Assembly (NCBI GenBank): GCA_965228475.1 | Contig: OZ245817.1 | Span: 3,488,001 to 3,552,000 of the forward strand | Origin: Myxococcota bacterium | Lineage (GTDB): Bacteria; Myxococcota_A; UBA9160; JAFDDA01 | Length of the DNA stretch: 64,000 nucleotides | Reading direction: 5' to 3' | Shown: positions 36,126 to 44,794 of the stretch, one piece after another | Layout of the letters: the number at the start of each line of letters is the position of its first letter | Position numbering within the stretch: position 1 is the stretch's first letter | Notes under the pieces: model-generated | Seen by the model: only the letters and a program-made list of their open reading frames with translations | Told to the model about the DNA's origin: nothing | Database searches by the model: none | Translations under genes and position numbers: made by a program

Positions 36126-37592
36126 TTAGCGTGCGAGTTTCAGGTTGGTGTAGCGGGGGTCGTCGGTGACCTCCCGCTCGACCGCCGGAGCCAGCCAATC
36201 CGGCAACGCGGCCTCCTGGTCCACGGAGCGCAGCTCGACCTCCGCCAGCCAGAGCGGCCGATCGAGGAACTCGTCGATCTCCCAGACGAGGTCGCCGTCG
36301 GGCACGATGTGCCGCCGCTTGTGGATCCGGCAGCCCTCGGTCAGCGGCCAGAGCGTGTCGAAGACGCGCTCGGTGGTCGCCTCTTCGATCTCGATGCGCT
36401 CGATCCCGGCGCCCAGCTTGAGGGTCCGCACGAAGCGCGCTCCCGAAGGGCCCTCGGTGCGCCGCAGCCGTTCCCGGATGCGGTCGCCCGGCAGCCAGCC
36501 CTGGCGGATCTCGACGGTCTCCCGCAGCGCGGCCACCGGCGAGAAATCGACGGCGCCCCGAAGCAGGTATTTCCGCTCGATCTCGACGGGCGGACGCGCC
36601 GCCGCTTCGAGCTGGCTGGCGAACTCCTCGACGTCCTCGAGCAGCGCGGCCATGCCCCCGGCGAACCACTCCTCCTCGAGGCGACGGAAGTGAGCGTCCA
36701 TGCGCGCCTGCGCTCGGCGCGTCAGTTCGAGGAGCCCGGACCGCTCGCTCCGGCGTGCCTCGCGCCGCAGCGATTCTTCCTGGGCGCCGCGGGCGAGTTC
36801 GTGCAGCTGCCGGGCGCGCTCGGCCGCCGCGAGCTCGAGCGCGCCCCCGAGCTCTTCGCGCTGGACGTGGGCATCGTTGAGGTCGCCGAGCACGTCCTGG
36901 AGCCGCTTGCACCGCTTCACCAACGCGCGCGCCCCGGGGACGTAGTCCCGCGCCGGCTCGACGAGGTAGCGAAGGCGCTTCCCGGCGACCCGAGCGTCGT
37001 GGCAGCGCTGCATGTCGTCGATGCCCTGGATCCGCGAGAGGCCGGCGATCAGCTCCGCGGCGCTCCTCCGGGTCTCGGCCGCGAGTGCCTCGCCGAACAC
37101 CGGGCCCGCCTCGGGCTTCCCGAGGTGTTTGCGGACCGTGACCCGCTCGAGGCGCGGCACGAGCTCGGTGCGCAGCGCCTCGAAGCCTTCGCGGACGCCG
37201 CTGCGCGCGTGGGCGAGGCCCTCGGCCTTGCGCGCTTCGAGGCGGGCGACCCACCAGTCGTGACCCAGCCGGTGCGCGGGACTCAGACCCGGGCGTTCGC
37301 TCGCCAGCCACTCGAGGGCCACCTCGGCATCCCGGCCTCCGCCCGTCGAACGCTGGAGCGAAGCCAGCGCCCGCCGGTCCCGCTTGCGCACGCTCTTGCC
37401 GAGCGGCTTGCGCCAGGCCCGCAGCGCGCTGCGCGTGCGGCGCAGGGCCACACGGAAGTCGTGAAGGGCTTCGCTCTGGTTCGGGTCGTCGAGATCCTCG
37501 CCGCTCCGGGAAGCGTCCTCGAGCAGGGAGAGCACGACGAGGCGAGCCCCTTCCTCGGGCGATCGGACCAGCAAATCGGCGGGCAGGGCCAA
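36126..37592 (-). CDS. CHAD-CYTH fusion protein
   Basis: CHAD motifs HDFRVALRRTR, HDARVAGKRLRY, LQDVLGDLND; CYTH motifs EIERKYL, AEVEL; TTG start after GAGGAG. Confidence 0.88.
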   Translation of the reverse strand: MALPADLLVRSPEEGARLVVLSLLEDASRSGEDLDDPNQSEALHDFRVALRRTRSALRAWRKPLGKSVRKRDRRALASLQRSTGGGRDAEVALEWLASERPGLSPAHRLGHDWWVARLEARKAEGLAHARSGVREGFEALRTELVPRLERVTVRKHLGKPEAGPVFGEALAAETRRSAAELIAGLSRIQGIDDMQRCHDARVAGKRLRYLVEPARDYVPGARALVKRCKRLQDVLGDLNDAHVQREELGGALELAAAERARQLHELARGAQEESLRREARRSERSGLLELTRRAQARMDAHFRRLEEEWFAGGMAALLEDVEEFASQLEAAARPPVEIERKYLLRGAVDFSPVAALRETVEIRQGWLPGDRIRERLRRTEGPSGARFVRTLKLGAGIERIEIEEATTERVFDTLWPLTEGCRIHKRRHIVPDGDLVWEIDEFLDRPLWLAEVELRSVDQEAALPDWLAPAVEREVTDDPRYTNLKLAR

Positions 37593-37758
37593 GGCGGTGG
37601 TTGCTCCTCGTGTCGGGTGAACCGGAAAGGTAGGGACGCGAGCCCGGTCGGGCCAGCCGCGCCGCCGGCCCCGCGTCGAACGAAGTTTCTTCACCCAGGA
37701 ACCCGGCGACCCGATGCGGAGGGTTGCTAGCTTCGGGTCGCGTTCGCGGAGTGGACAC

Positions 37759-39180
37759 GTGAAGATCTACCTCGTCCGACATGCCAAGTCCGAGAAGCGA
37801 AACGGCTGGGACGGGCCGCTTCCGCTGCGGCCGCTCACGCCGCTCGGGCTCGAGCAGGCGCGCGCCCTCGCAGAGGAGCTCGCTGCGGATCACATCCCGC
37901 GCGTGCTCACCAGCCCCCACCTCCGCTGCCGGCAGACGATCGAACCCCTCGCCCAGCTCTGGGACAGCGGCGTCCAGCTCGATGAGCGCCTCGCGGAAGG
38001 AACGTCCCCGGCGAAGTCCCTCACGCTGCTCGACGAACTCGACGATCGCCCTGCCCTCATCTGCACCCACGGCGACGTGATCCAGAGCTGGATGGCCGAG
38101 CTGGAAGAGCGCGGGGCGACCCTCGACGGACCCTTCCGCTCCGAGAAGGCCTCCGTCTGGATCGTCGAGCAGGGCGAAGCGGGTGCGATCACCGCTCGCT
38201 ACCGGCCGGCGCCGGACATCAGCCAGGTCCTGGACGAACTTCCGGGCGAGTGCCTCGGCGTGCTCGACATGGGCAGCACTTCCTTCCGTGTGCTCGCGGC
38301 CGACATGACGCGTGCCGGCCGCATCCGCCCGATGGCCTCGGAGAAGCGCATGCTCCGGCTGGGCGCTGCCGTCGCCCGCTACGGCGAGATCCCCCAGGAG
38401 ATGGCGGACCGCACCGTCGAAGCCGCACGGGAGCTCGGCCTCGCGGCGAAGCAGGCCGGCGTGGAGCGCCTGTTCCCCGTCGGCACCGCCGCCCTGCGCG
38501 ACGCCGGCAACGGACGCTGGCTCGCCGAGCGCATCGGTCTCGCCCTCGGCCTGCCCGTGCGCGTGCTCGAGGGGGAGGAAGAAGGCCGCCTCGCCTTCGC
38601 GGCCTTCCGCCGCCGCGTCCTCATGCCGCCGGGAATCACGCTCGGCGCGGACCTCGGCGGCGGCAGCTTCCAGATCACCCTCGGCGACGAGAACGGCCCG
38701 GTGTGGTCGACGAGCTTCCCGATCGGGGTGACCCGACTCCAGCGCGAGTTCGTCGAGGGCGACCCGGTCCCCTCCGAGGCCGTGGTGGGCATCCGCGCGC
38801 GCGTCCGCGAAGCGCTCGAGCGCGCGAAGCCTCCGACCGCCTGGCCGCGCGATTGCGTCCTCGGCGGCGGCACCGCGCGCGCCATCGGCAAGCTCGCGCT
38901 CGCCCGGCGGGGCAAGCGGGCCGGAAGCACGGTGAACGGGCTCGTCCTCTCGGCGACGAGCCTGGCCGGGATGGCGGACGACCTGCTGCACGCGAACCAG
39001 GCCGAGCGCCTCTCGATGGCGGGGATGCACAAGCAGCGGGTCGACCTGCTGCCCGTGGGCGCGCTGATCCTCTCGACCGCGGCCGAGACGCTCGGACTCG
39101 ACGGCTTCCGCATCTGCGACTGGGGCCTGCGCGAAGGCGTGCTCCTCAGCGTGCGCGACGGCCAGCTCCGCATCCCCTAG
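37759..39180 (+). CDS. Histidine-phosphatase (SixA-like) domain fused to Ppx/GppA exopolyphosphatase domain
   Basis: N-terminal LVRHAK, TSP..RC.QT, CTHG; C-terminal DMGSTS, TAALRDA.N, GEEEGRL, DLGGGS, GLREG. Confidence 0.87.
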   Translation: MKIYLVRHAKSEKRNGWDGPLPLRPLTPLGLEQARALAEELAADHIPRVLTSPHLRCRQTIEPLAQLWDSGVQLDERLAEGTSPAKSLTLLDELDDRPALICTHGDVIQSWMAELEERGATLDGPFRSEKASVWIVEQGEAGAITARYRPAPDISQVLDELPGECLGVLDMGSTSFRVLAADMTRAGRIRPMASEKRMLRLGAAVARYGEIPQEMADRTVEAARELGLAAKQAGVERLFPVGTAALRDAGNGRWLAERIGLALGLPVRVLEGEEEGRLAFAAFRRRVLMPPGITLGADLGGGSFQITLGDENGPVWSTSFPIGVTRLQREFVEGDPVPSEAVVGIRARVREALERAKPPTAWPRDCVLGGGTARAIGKLALARRGKRAGSTVNGLVLSATSLAGMADDLLHANQAERLSMAGMHKQRVDLLPVGALILSTAAETLGLDGFRICDWGLREGVLLSVRDGQLRIP

Positions 39181-39195
39181 CGGAGGGGCGCCGGC

Positions 39196-39990
39196 CTACC
39201 AGGAAAGATCGAGGGTCTTGCGCATGACCGCCTCGAACTCGGCGTCGCCGAGCTTGGCGCGCGTGGCGAGCGTCGCCTCGGCATCGCTTCCGACCGGGAT
39301 GCGCAGGCGGTCGTCCTTGCCTTCGATGGAGTTCGCGATGGCCTCGCCCACGGCCTCCGGCCCGGGCCGCGGCCCGCCGAGGAGCTTGCCGTCGGTGCCG
39401 GACCAGAGCTCGTGCAGCTCGTCGTAGGGCGCTTCCTCGACGCCGTAGACCACGTTCTTGCCGCGCATCGCCGTATCGAAGTAGCCGGGCTCGACGAGCG
39501 CTGCGCGGATGCCGAAGTGTCCGACCTCGAGCTTCAGGGTCTCGGTGAGCGCCTCGAGGGCGAACTTCGAGGCGCTGTAGAACGCGCCGAGCGGCGTCCC
39601 CACGCGGCCCGAGACCGAGGAGACGTTGACGATCACGCCGCGGCCGCGTTCCCGCATGCCCGGGAGAACGGCCTGGGTCGTGCGCACGACGCCCCAGAAG
39701 TTCGTCTCGAACAGATCCCGGGCCGCTGCCTCGGGGACCTTCTCGACGGGGCCGCCCGCGTTGTTGCGGCCCGCGTTGTTCACGAGGCCGTCGAGCTCCC
39801 CGGCGGCGGCAAAGGCCGCGGCGACCGAGGCTTCGTCGTCGACGTCGAGGGCCAGGCGTTCGGCGACGTCGAGATCCGCGAGGGTCTCCGGACGGCGCGC
39901 CGTCGCCACGACGTCGTGACCCCGCGCGCTCAAGATCTCCGCGGCCGAGCGGCCGATTCCCGTGGAACAACCCGTGATCAAGACGCGCAT
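39196..39990 (-). CDS. SDR oxidoreductase
   Basis: LITGCSTGIG, NNAG, YSASK, VEPG. Confidence 0.92.
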   Translation of the reverse strand: MRVLITGCSTGIGRSAAEILSARGHDVVATARRPETLADLDVAERLALDVDDEASVAAAFAAAGELDGLVNNAGRNNAGGPVEKVPEAAARDLFETNFWGVVRTTQAVLPGMRERGRGVIVNVSSVSGRVGTPLGAFYSASKFALEALTETLKLEVGHFGIRAALVEPGYFDTAMRGKNVVYGVEEAPYDELHELWSGTDGKLLGGPRPGPEAVGEAIANSIEGKDDRLRIPVGSDAEATLATRAKLGDAEFEAVMRKTLDLSW

Positions 39991-40018
39991 GGGACTCCTC
40001 GCTGCGAGTGTTGGCGAA

Positions 40019-40963
40019 CTAGAACGAAAACGCTCCGAAGAGCGATGGGCGCCGGATCTCCACCGTATGGCCGATGGCCTCCGCTGCCGCACGCGCGGCG
40101 TCTTCGAAAGCGGTGAGGTCTTCCTCGTAGCGCGGCGCATCGGCGTTCGGGTCCGCGAGCGGCACGAAGAAGTCGTCGAAGTGCTGGGGAACGATCACCC
40201 GCGGACGCAGGGCCTCGACCAGGCGCTCGGCGAAATCCTCCGGGCCGCCGACCACCGACGTCAGCAGCACGTCCACGGTGACGCCCTCGGCCTTCAGGGC
40301 CTCGAGCGCCGGCGCGTGGTAGCCGGCGCTCGAGAGCAGGAAGAGGCGAAGACCCGAGGGACGATGGGTCACGAGATACCCGCGGGCGTCGCCGAGCTTG
40401 AAGGAGAGCGAGTGGATCGGCCCATCGGGCGGCTCCTCGACCGTGCCGGGCAGAGGCGGCTCACCGAAGAAGATCTCCGCGTGGCGGGATTCGACGACGC
40501 GAACGTCGAAGGCTCCGTGGCTCACCGTATCTCCCGGATCCGCCCGGCGCAGCTGCTCGGCCGGGACGCCGTAGCCCTCGGAGATGGCCACGGTCGTGCC
40601 ACTCCCGACGACCGTCGCGCCCGTCCGCTGCGCGAACCACGGCGCGTCGCCGAGATGGTCGAAGTGGCTGTGTCCGATCAGGATGAGATCGGCCCGGGCG
40701 AGCTCCGGCGCCGGGCTCCCGGCGGCGACGAGCGGCTCGAGCACGCTGGCGTCGGGCACGTAGCGGCGGAAGATCGTCCGCAGCCAGCCGGGCCGCGAGA
40801 GGTACGGGTCGTGGAGGATCGTGTCCTCGCCGGCCTCGATCGAGAAGCCCGCGACACCGAGCCAGCGCACGCGGACCTCGGCGGCGGCCGGCCCGGCCGG
40901 GAACCCCATCGACGCAGCGGCCAGAAGCGACAGGCAGGCAACGAGCAGGGGGCGGGGTGACAT
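40019..40963 (-). CDS. Secreted MBL-fold metallo-hydrolase
   Basis: Signal peptide, RWLGVAGF, HSHFDH, PQHFDDFF. Confidence 0.88.
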   Translation of the reverse strand: MSPRPLLVACLSLLAAASMGFPAGPAAAEVRVRWLGVAGFSIEAGEDTILHDPYLSRPGWLRTIFRRYVPDASVLEPLVAAGSPAPELARADLILIGHSHFDHLGDAPWFAQRTGATVVGSGTTVAISEGYGVPAEQLRRADPGDTVSHGAFDVRVVESRHAEIFFGEPPLPGTVEEPPDGPIHSLSFKLGDARGYLVTHRPSGLRLFLLSSAGYHAPALEALKAEGVTVDVLLTSVVGGPEDFAERLVEALRPRVIVPQHFDDFFVPLADPNADAPRYEEDLTAFEDAARAAAEAIGHTVEIRRPSLFGAFSF

Positions 40964-41064
40964 CGCGCGGATGCTACCGGGCCCGATCGAGGCGCGGCAA
41001 CCGGCCCCTGGGAACCCGGCCGGCGTGATACCCTCCGGCCGGGTCGGGGATTCGGAGAACGCGC

Positions 41065-42027
41065 ATGCCGCGCCGGACCTCTGCTGCCGCCCGGGCCCTC
41101 CCCTTCCTCGTCGCCCTCGCCGTGCTCGCGCCGGCCTCGGCCGAAGCCTTCGTGATCCTGAACTACCGCTTCGAGCCGTGCACCTTCCCCTGCACGCCCG
41201 AGGTCGATCTCGAACGCTCGCTCCGCGAAGCGCCGCGCTGGGACGCCGCGCCGGGAGCGCGCTCGACCCTCGCCGACGGGATCCAGGTCGGGGTCGCGAG
41301 CGGCTTCGCGGAGACGATGGCGGCCGACACCGGCCTCGACCCGGCGCTCCTCGAACGGGGGATCGTCGACGCCTTCGCCGCCTGGAGCACGCCGGAACTC
41401 TTCTTCGACATCACCTTCGATTCGACCCCGGGGACGAACGAGATCGACCTCTTCGCGACGGACTCCCGGATCGACCCGCTCTTCCAGGGCAACGGCTTCT
41501 CCGGGCTCGCCTTCACCTACCGCAGCAACCCCGCCCCGCGGACCCTCACGAGCGGCTCGGCCGGCATCGGGCGGGTCATCACCCGAGGCGAGGTCTTCCT
41601 CGCCTTCGATCGCCTGTGGCAATCCTTCGAGCTGTGGAAGCTCGCGGGGCTCCTCTTCGAGGAGGATCGCTTCGACCGCTACGTGAATCTCCTGATCCAC
41701 GAGATCGGGCACACGCTCGGGTTCGGTCACCCGAACGAGAACCCGGACCTGAACATCGACGACGACGGCGACCCGTTCACGGTCTTCGAACCCGACGACC
41801 CGCTGAACCCGTGGGTCGGGCTCTCCCTCTCGGACAACGTCGACCCGGACGCGATCATGCGCGGCGGCATCCCCATCGTGAACTTCCGCGAAGCCTTCAC
41901 CGCCACGGAACTCTACGCCGACGACCGCTCCGGCCTGAACCTCCTCTACCCGAGCGTGCCCGAGCCGCCGCTCGCCTGGCTCCTCGGGCTCGCGCTGCTC
42001 GGGATCCGGCGATCGCGACGGGCCTGA
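41065..42027 (+). CDS. PEP-CTERM-anchored metzincin (matrixin-like) zinc protease
   Basis: Signal peptide ASAEA, HEIGHTLGFGH, AIM Met-turn, C-terminal VPEP + TM + RRSRR. Confidence 0.85.
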   Translation: MPRRTSAAARALPFLVALAVLAPASAEAFVILNYRFEPCTFPCTPEVDLERSLREAPRWDAAPGARSTLADGIQVGVASGFAETMAADTGLDPALLERGIVDAFAAWSTPELFFDITFDSTPGTNEIDLFATDSRIDPLFQGNGFSGLAFTYRSNPAPRTLTSGSAGIGRVITRGEVFLAFDRLWQSFELWKLAGLLFEEDRFDRYVNLLIHEIGHTLGFGHPNENPDLNIDDDGDPFTVFEPDDPLNPWVGLSLSDNVDPDAIMRGGIPIVNFREAFTATELYADDRSGLNLLYPSVPEPPLAWLLGLALLGIRRSRRA

Positions 42028-42069
42028 GACGAGGTATCCTGCCGCCCGGCACGAACGCAGGAGACTTCC

Positions 42070-42528
42070 ATGGCCACGACCTTCGAAACGCCCCACGCCC
42101 TGCTCGACGCCATCGGCACCCAGCTCGGCGAGAGCGATGCCCTCGAGATCACCCAGGAGCGCATCAATCTCTTCGCCGACGCGACGGGCGACCACCAGTG
42201 GATCCACGTCGACCCGGAACGCGCAGCCAAGGGCCCCTTCGGCAAGCCGATCGCCCACGGCTACCTGACGCTCTCCCTCGCGAGCTACTTCCTGCCCCGC
42301 ATCATCACGGTGAAGGGCATCTCGATGGGCGTGAACTACGGAACCGAGAAGGTCCGCTTTCCGGCGCCGGTTCCCGTGGGCTCGAAGGTGCGCGCCAGCG
42401 CCGAGCTCGTGAACGCCGAAGAGATCAAGGGCTGCATCCAGGCCACGGTCCGGGTCACGATGACGGTGGAAGGCAACGACCGGCCCTCCTGCGTCGTCGA
42501 CACGATCAGTCGCTACTACCCGGCCTAG
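42070..42528 (+). CDS. MaoC-family dehydratase
   Basis: FADATGDHQWIHVD, IAHGYLTLSL, VRFPAPV. Confidence 0.92.
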   Translation: MATTFETPHALLDAIGTQLGESDALEITQERINLFADATGDHQWIHVDPERAAKGPFGKPIAHGYLTLSLASYFLPRIITVKGISMGVNYGTEKVRFPAPVPVGSKVRASAELVNAEEIKGCIQATVRVTMTVEGNDRPSCVVDTISRYYPA

Positions 42529-43627
42529 CCGGCGCCCGCTTCGGGGCACTGGGGACGCGTGCCCACGGACGGATCGTCACCGCGAGCGGCTCGTGGTCCG
42601 AGAGCGCCTCGCCCGTCGCCGGGTCGACGGCTTCGAAGACCGCCGGAGCGGCGACGCCGACCTTGCGGGTGAGGATCCAATCGATCCGCACCGGCACGCG
42701 GCGCGATCCGCCGCCTTCGACGCGCCGGACCGTGCCCTCCCCCAGGACGTTCGCCACTTCCCAGTCGAAGCCGGCGCTCCGGGCGCGCTCGAAGAGCGGC
42801 TCGTGGCGGACCGGACGCAACAGCCGCTCGGGATCCTCGGCGAGGGCCGGCTTCAGGTGCTCCGGGTCGAAGACGTGGGCCGTCGGCATCGACATCGTGT
42901 TGAGGTCCCCGGCGACGACGGCCGGAGCCCCCGGCGCATAGGCCTCGACGGCCTCGAGCAGGGCCGAGACCTGTTCGGCCCGGTGCGCCGGGTCCGTATG
43001 GCTCTCGAGATGGACGGCCGCGACGGTCACGTCGACGCCGCCGGCGCGGACGGTCCCGAGGACCGCCATGCGCCCGCCGACCCGGGGCTCACCGCGGGCG
43101 CCGTCGAACCACTCCCCGCCCTCGTCCAACCGCACGACGGCCGGGCGCGCGATCGGCAGGGCGCTCGTGATCGCTCCCCCGTGCAGCCCGCGCGCGTTCG
43201 ACTCCCCGGCGTGCCGTTCGCGCTCTTCGGGCCCACCGAGTCCCAGCTCGAGGAACTCGACGCCGTAGACGAAGCCGTGGCCGAGGGCGCCTGCGATCTC
43301 CCTCGCCGTATGGTGGTTTCCGGTGCGCGCCATCCCGACGTCGAGCTCGGAGAGCAGCGTGACGTTCGCGCCCGTCGCAGCGATCACGGCCGCACTCTGC
43401 GCCACGTGCCGCCCGCGCTCGAGGTTCCAGACGGCCAGCCGAAGCTCGCGCGGCTCGGCGAGGCGCGCGGGCGGCGGCGCCTGCTCGACGGCGCGGAACA
43501 CGCCGAGCGCTCCTTCGAGTTCCGCGTGGACACGGGCGCCGCGCGGGCCGGCGGCGATCCGCTCCCGCTCGGCCGGATCGACCGCCGGGAACTCGCCCAC
43601 GACCTCTTCGAAGATGCGCGCCGCCAC
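42506..43627 (-). CDS. EEP-family protein
   Basis: WNLERG, SELDVGMARTGN, VHLESH, AGDLNT, IDW, LSDH; start inferred. Confidence 0.85.
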   Translation of the reverse strand: MAARIFEEVVGEFPAVDPAERERIAAGPRGARVHAELEGALGVFRAVEQAPPPARLAEPRELRLAVWNLERGRHVAQSAAVIAATGANVTLLSELDVGMARTGNHHTAREIAGALGHGFVYGVEFLELGLGGPEERERHAGESNARGLHGGAITSALPIARPAVVRLDEGGEWFDGARGEPRVGGRMAVLGTVRAGGVDVTVAAVHLESHTDPAHRAEQVSALLEAVEAYAPGAPAVVAGDLNTMSMPTAHVFDPEHLKPALAEDPERLLRPVRHEPLFERARSAGFDWEVANVLGEGTVRRVEGGGSRRVPVRIDWILTRKVGVAAPAVFEAVDPATGEALSDHEPLAVTIRPWARVPSAPKRAPARPGSSD

Positions 43628-43983
43628 GGCGCGGAAAGCTAACGCGTCCCGGAGGGACGGACGCGAGAAGCCGCGAGGGGCGCGCACCACGCCTCTGCGG
43701 TGCATTCATTCGCACTCGCGCCCGGGCTCTGTTAGGTTCCCCGCGAAGGTCGTCCGATCGGTTCACAGCCGCTGGCCTGACCCGCCTGTCCTGTTTTCCT
43801 CTCGAATCAACCTTCCGCTGTTTCCGGCATGGGCTCTGGCCTCGAACCGCTTTGGCCTCGGCTTTGGCCCCGAGCTGGAAACGCGGGTTTCATCGCAACG
43901 GGACGCTTCGGACCGGACAGTCCGCGAGGAAGCGTCGCCACCGCCGTGCGGCGCCAGCGCCGAGCACGGCAAGGATCGAGAGT

Positions 43984-44262
43984 TTGAAGAAGCTTTACGT
44001 CGGAAACCTTCCTTTCAGCGTGGACGAGAACGAGCTGCGGGGCGTCTTCGAACGCTACGGCAGCGTCGAGTCGGTCGCGGTCATCACCGACCGGGAGACC
44101 GGCCGGCCGCGCGGCTTCGCTTTCGTCGAGATGTCCGAGGCGAGCGCCGCGGACGAGGCCATCCGGGCCCTCGACGGCAGCGACATGGGAGGCCGCAACC
44201 TGCGCGTCAACGAAGCGCAGGACAAGCGCCGCGGTGGCGGCGGAGGTGGCGGGCGCTACTAG
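43984..44262 (+). CDS. RRM RNA-binding protein with Gly-rich tail
   Basis: LYVGNL (RNP2), RGFAFVEM (RNP1), LRVNEA; TTG start. Confidence 0.93.
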   Translation: MKKLYVGNLPFSVDENELRGVFERYGSVESVAVITDRETGRPRGFAFVEMSEASAADEAIRALDGSDMGGRNLRVNEAQDKRRGGGGGGGRY

Positions 44263-44276
44263 CGCTCTCAGGATTC

Positions 44277-44323
44277 GCCCGGGAGGCCTGGCCTCCCGGG
44301 CCCCGGAGGCCCAGCCTCCGGGG
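44277..44323. other. Twin perfect GC hairpins between the RRM gene and the next ORF
   Basis: GCCCGGGAGGC-CTG-GCCTCCCGGGC and CCCCGGAGGC-CCA-GCCTCCGGGG; no U-tract. Confidence 0.7.
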
Positions 44324-44358
44324 AGTCGTCTGGTTCGGAATCTCGTCGGGGGGCAACC

Positions 44359-44568
44359 ATGGCACGTCGCAGCCGCATGTCGGTCCAGAAACGGAAGCGT
44401 GAACGGGACAAGGCCGAACGCGCCGCAATGAAGCGTGAGGGCCGCCTGCGCGATGACGAAGGGGCGGAAGGCTCGGGGAACGAGTCGGCCGTGGCCACCC
44501 ACGACGATCTCGAAGGCTACGGTTTGATCGTCGAGCCCGAAGACGTCGAAGAAGCGGAGCAGAAGTAG
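44359..44568 (+). CDS. Small protein with basic N-terminus and acidic C-terminus
   Basis: SVQKRKRERDKAERAAMKRE; G-rich RBS; plausible codon usage. Confidence 0.65.
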   Translation: MARRSRMSVQKRKRERDKAERAAMKREGRLRDDEGAEGSGNESAVATHDDLEGYGLIVEPEDVEEAEQK

Positions 44569-44569
44569 C

Positions 44570-44785
44570 GTGGCGGTCCCGGCCCGCCGCACGGAGCCCG
44601 CACGAGACGAACGCGTCGCGCCCAAGCGCGTGACGCAACTGGTCCCGTGCGATGGTCACGCCTTCGATCCGGACCTCGTCTGCCCCTGTGGCATCACCTG
44701 GTCCGAGCATCAGGCCACCCCGCGGGCCTGCACGCGGAGCGCCCAGCGCAACCGCGCGGGCGACGGCACCGGCGAAGACCGGTAG
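44570..44785 (+). CDS. Small Cys/His-rich hypothetical protein
   Basis: CDGH...CPCG..W.EH...C; high GC3; starts 1 nt after the preceding stop. Confidence 0.5.
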   Translation: MAVPARRTEPARDERVAPKRVTQLVPCDGHAFDPDLVCPCGITWSEHQATPRACTRSAQRNRAGDGTGEDR

Positions 44786-44794
44786 CCACCCCCT

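Noticed and set aside
33463..39030. 1855-aa ORF as a single giant protein
   Set aside because: The upstream ~1000 codons overlap the CHAD-CYTH and Ppx genes in other frames or strands; a signal peptide marks the real start near 36039/36024
42070..42528. MaoC dehydratase as a HIP-pathway member
   Set aside because: It stands apart from both loci and lacks the shared motif upstream; possible but unsupported
31061..44785. Block between the two HIP loci as a genomic island
   Set aside because: No integrase, transposase, tRNA or flanking repeats seen, and no obvious compositional shift
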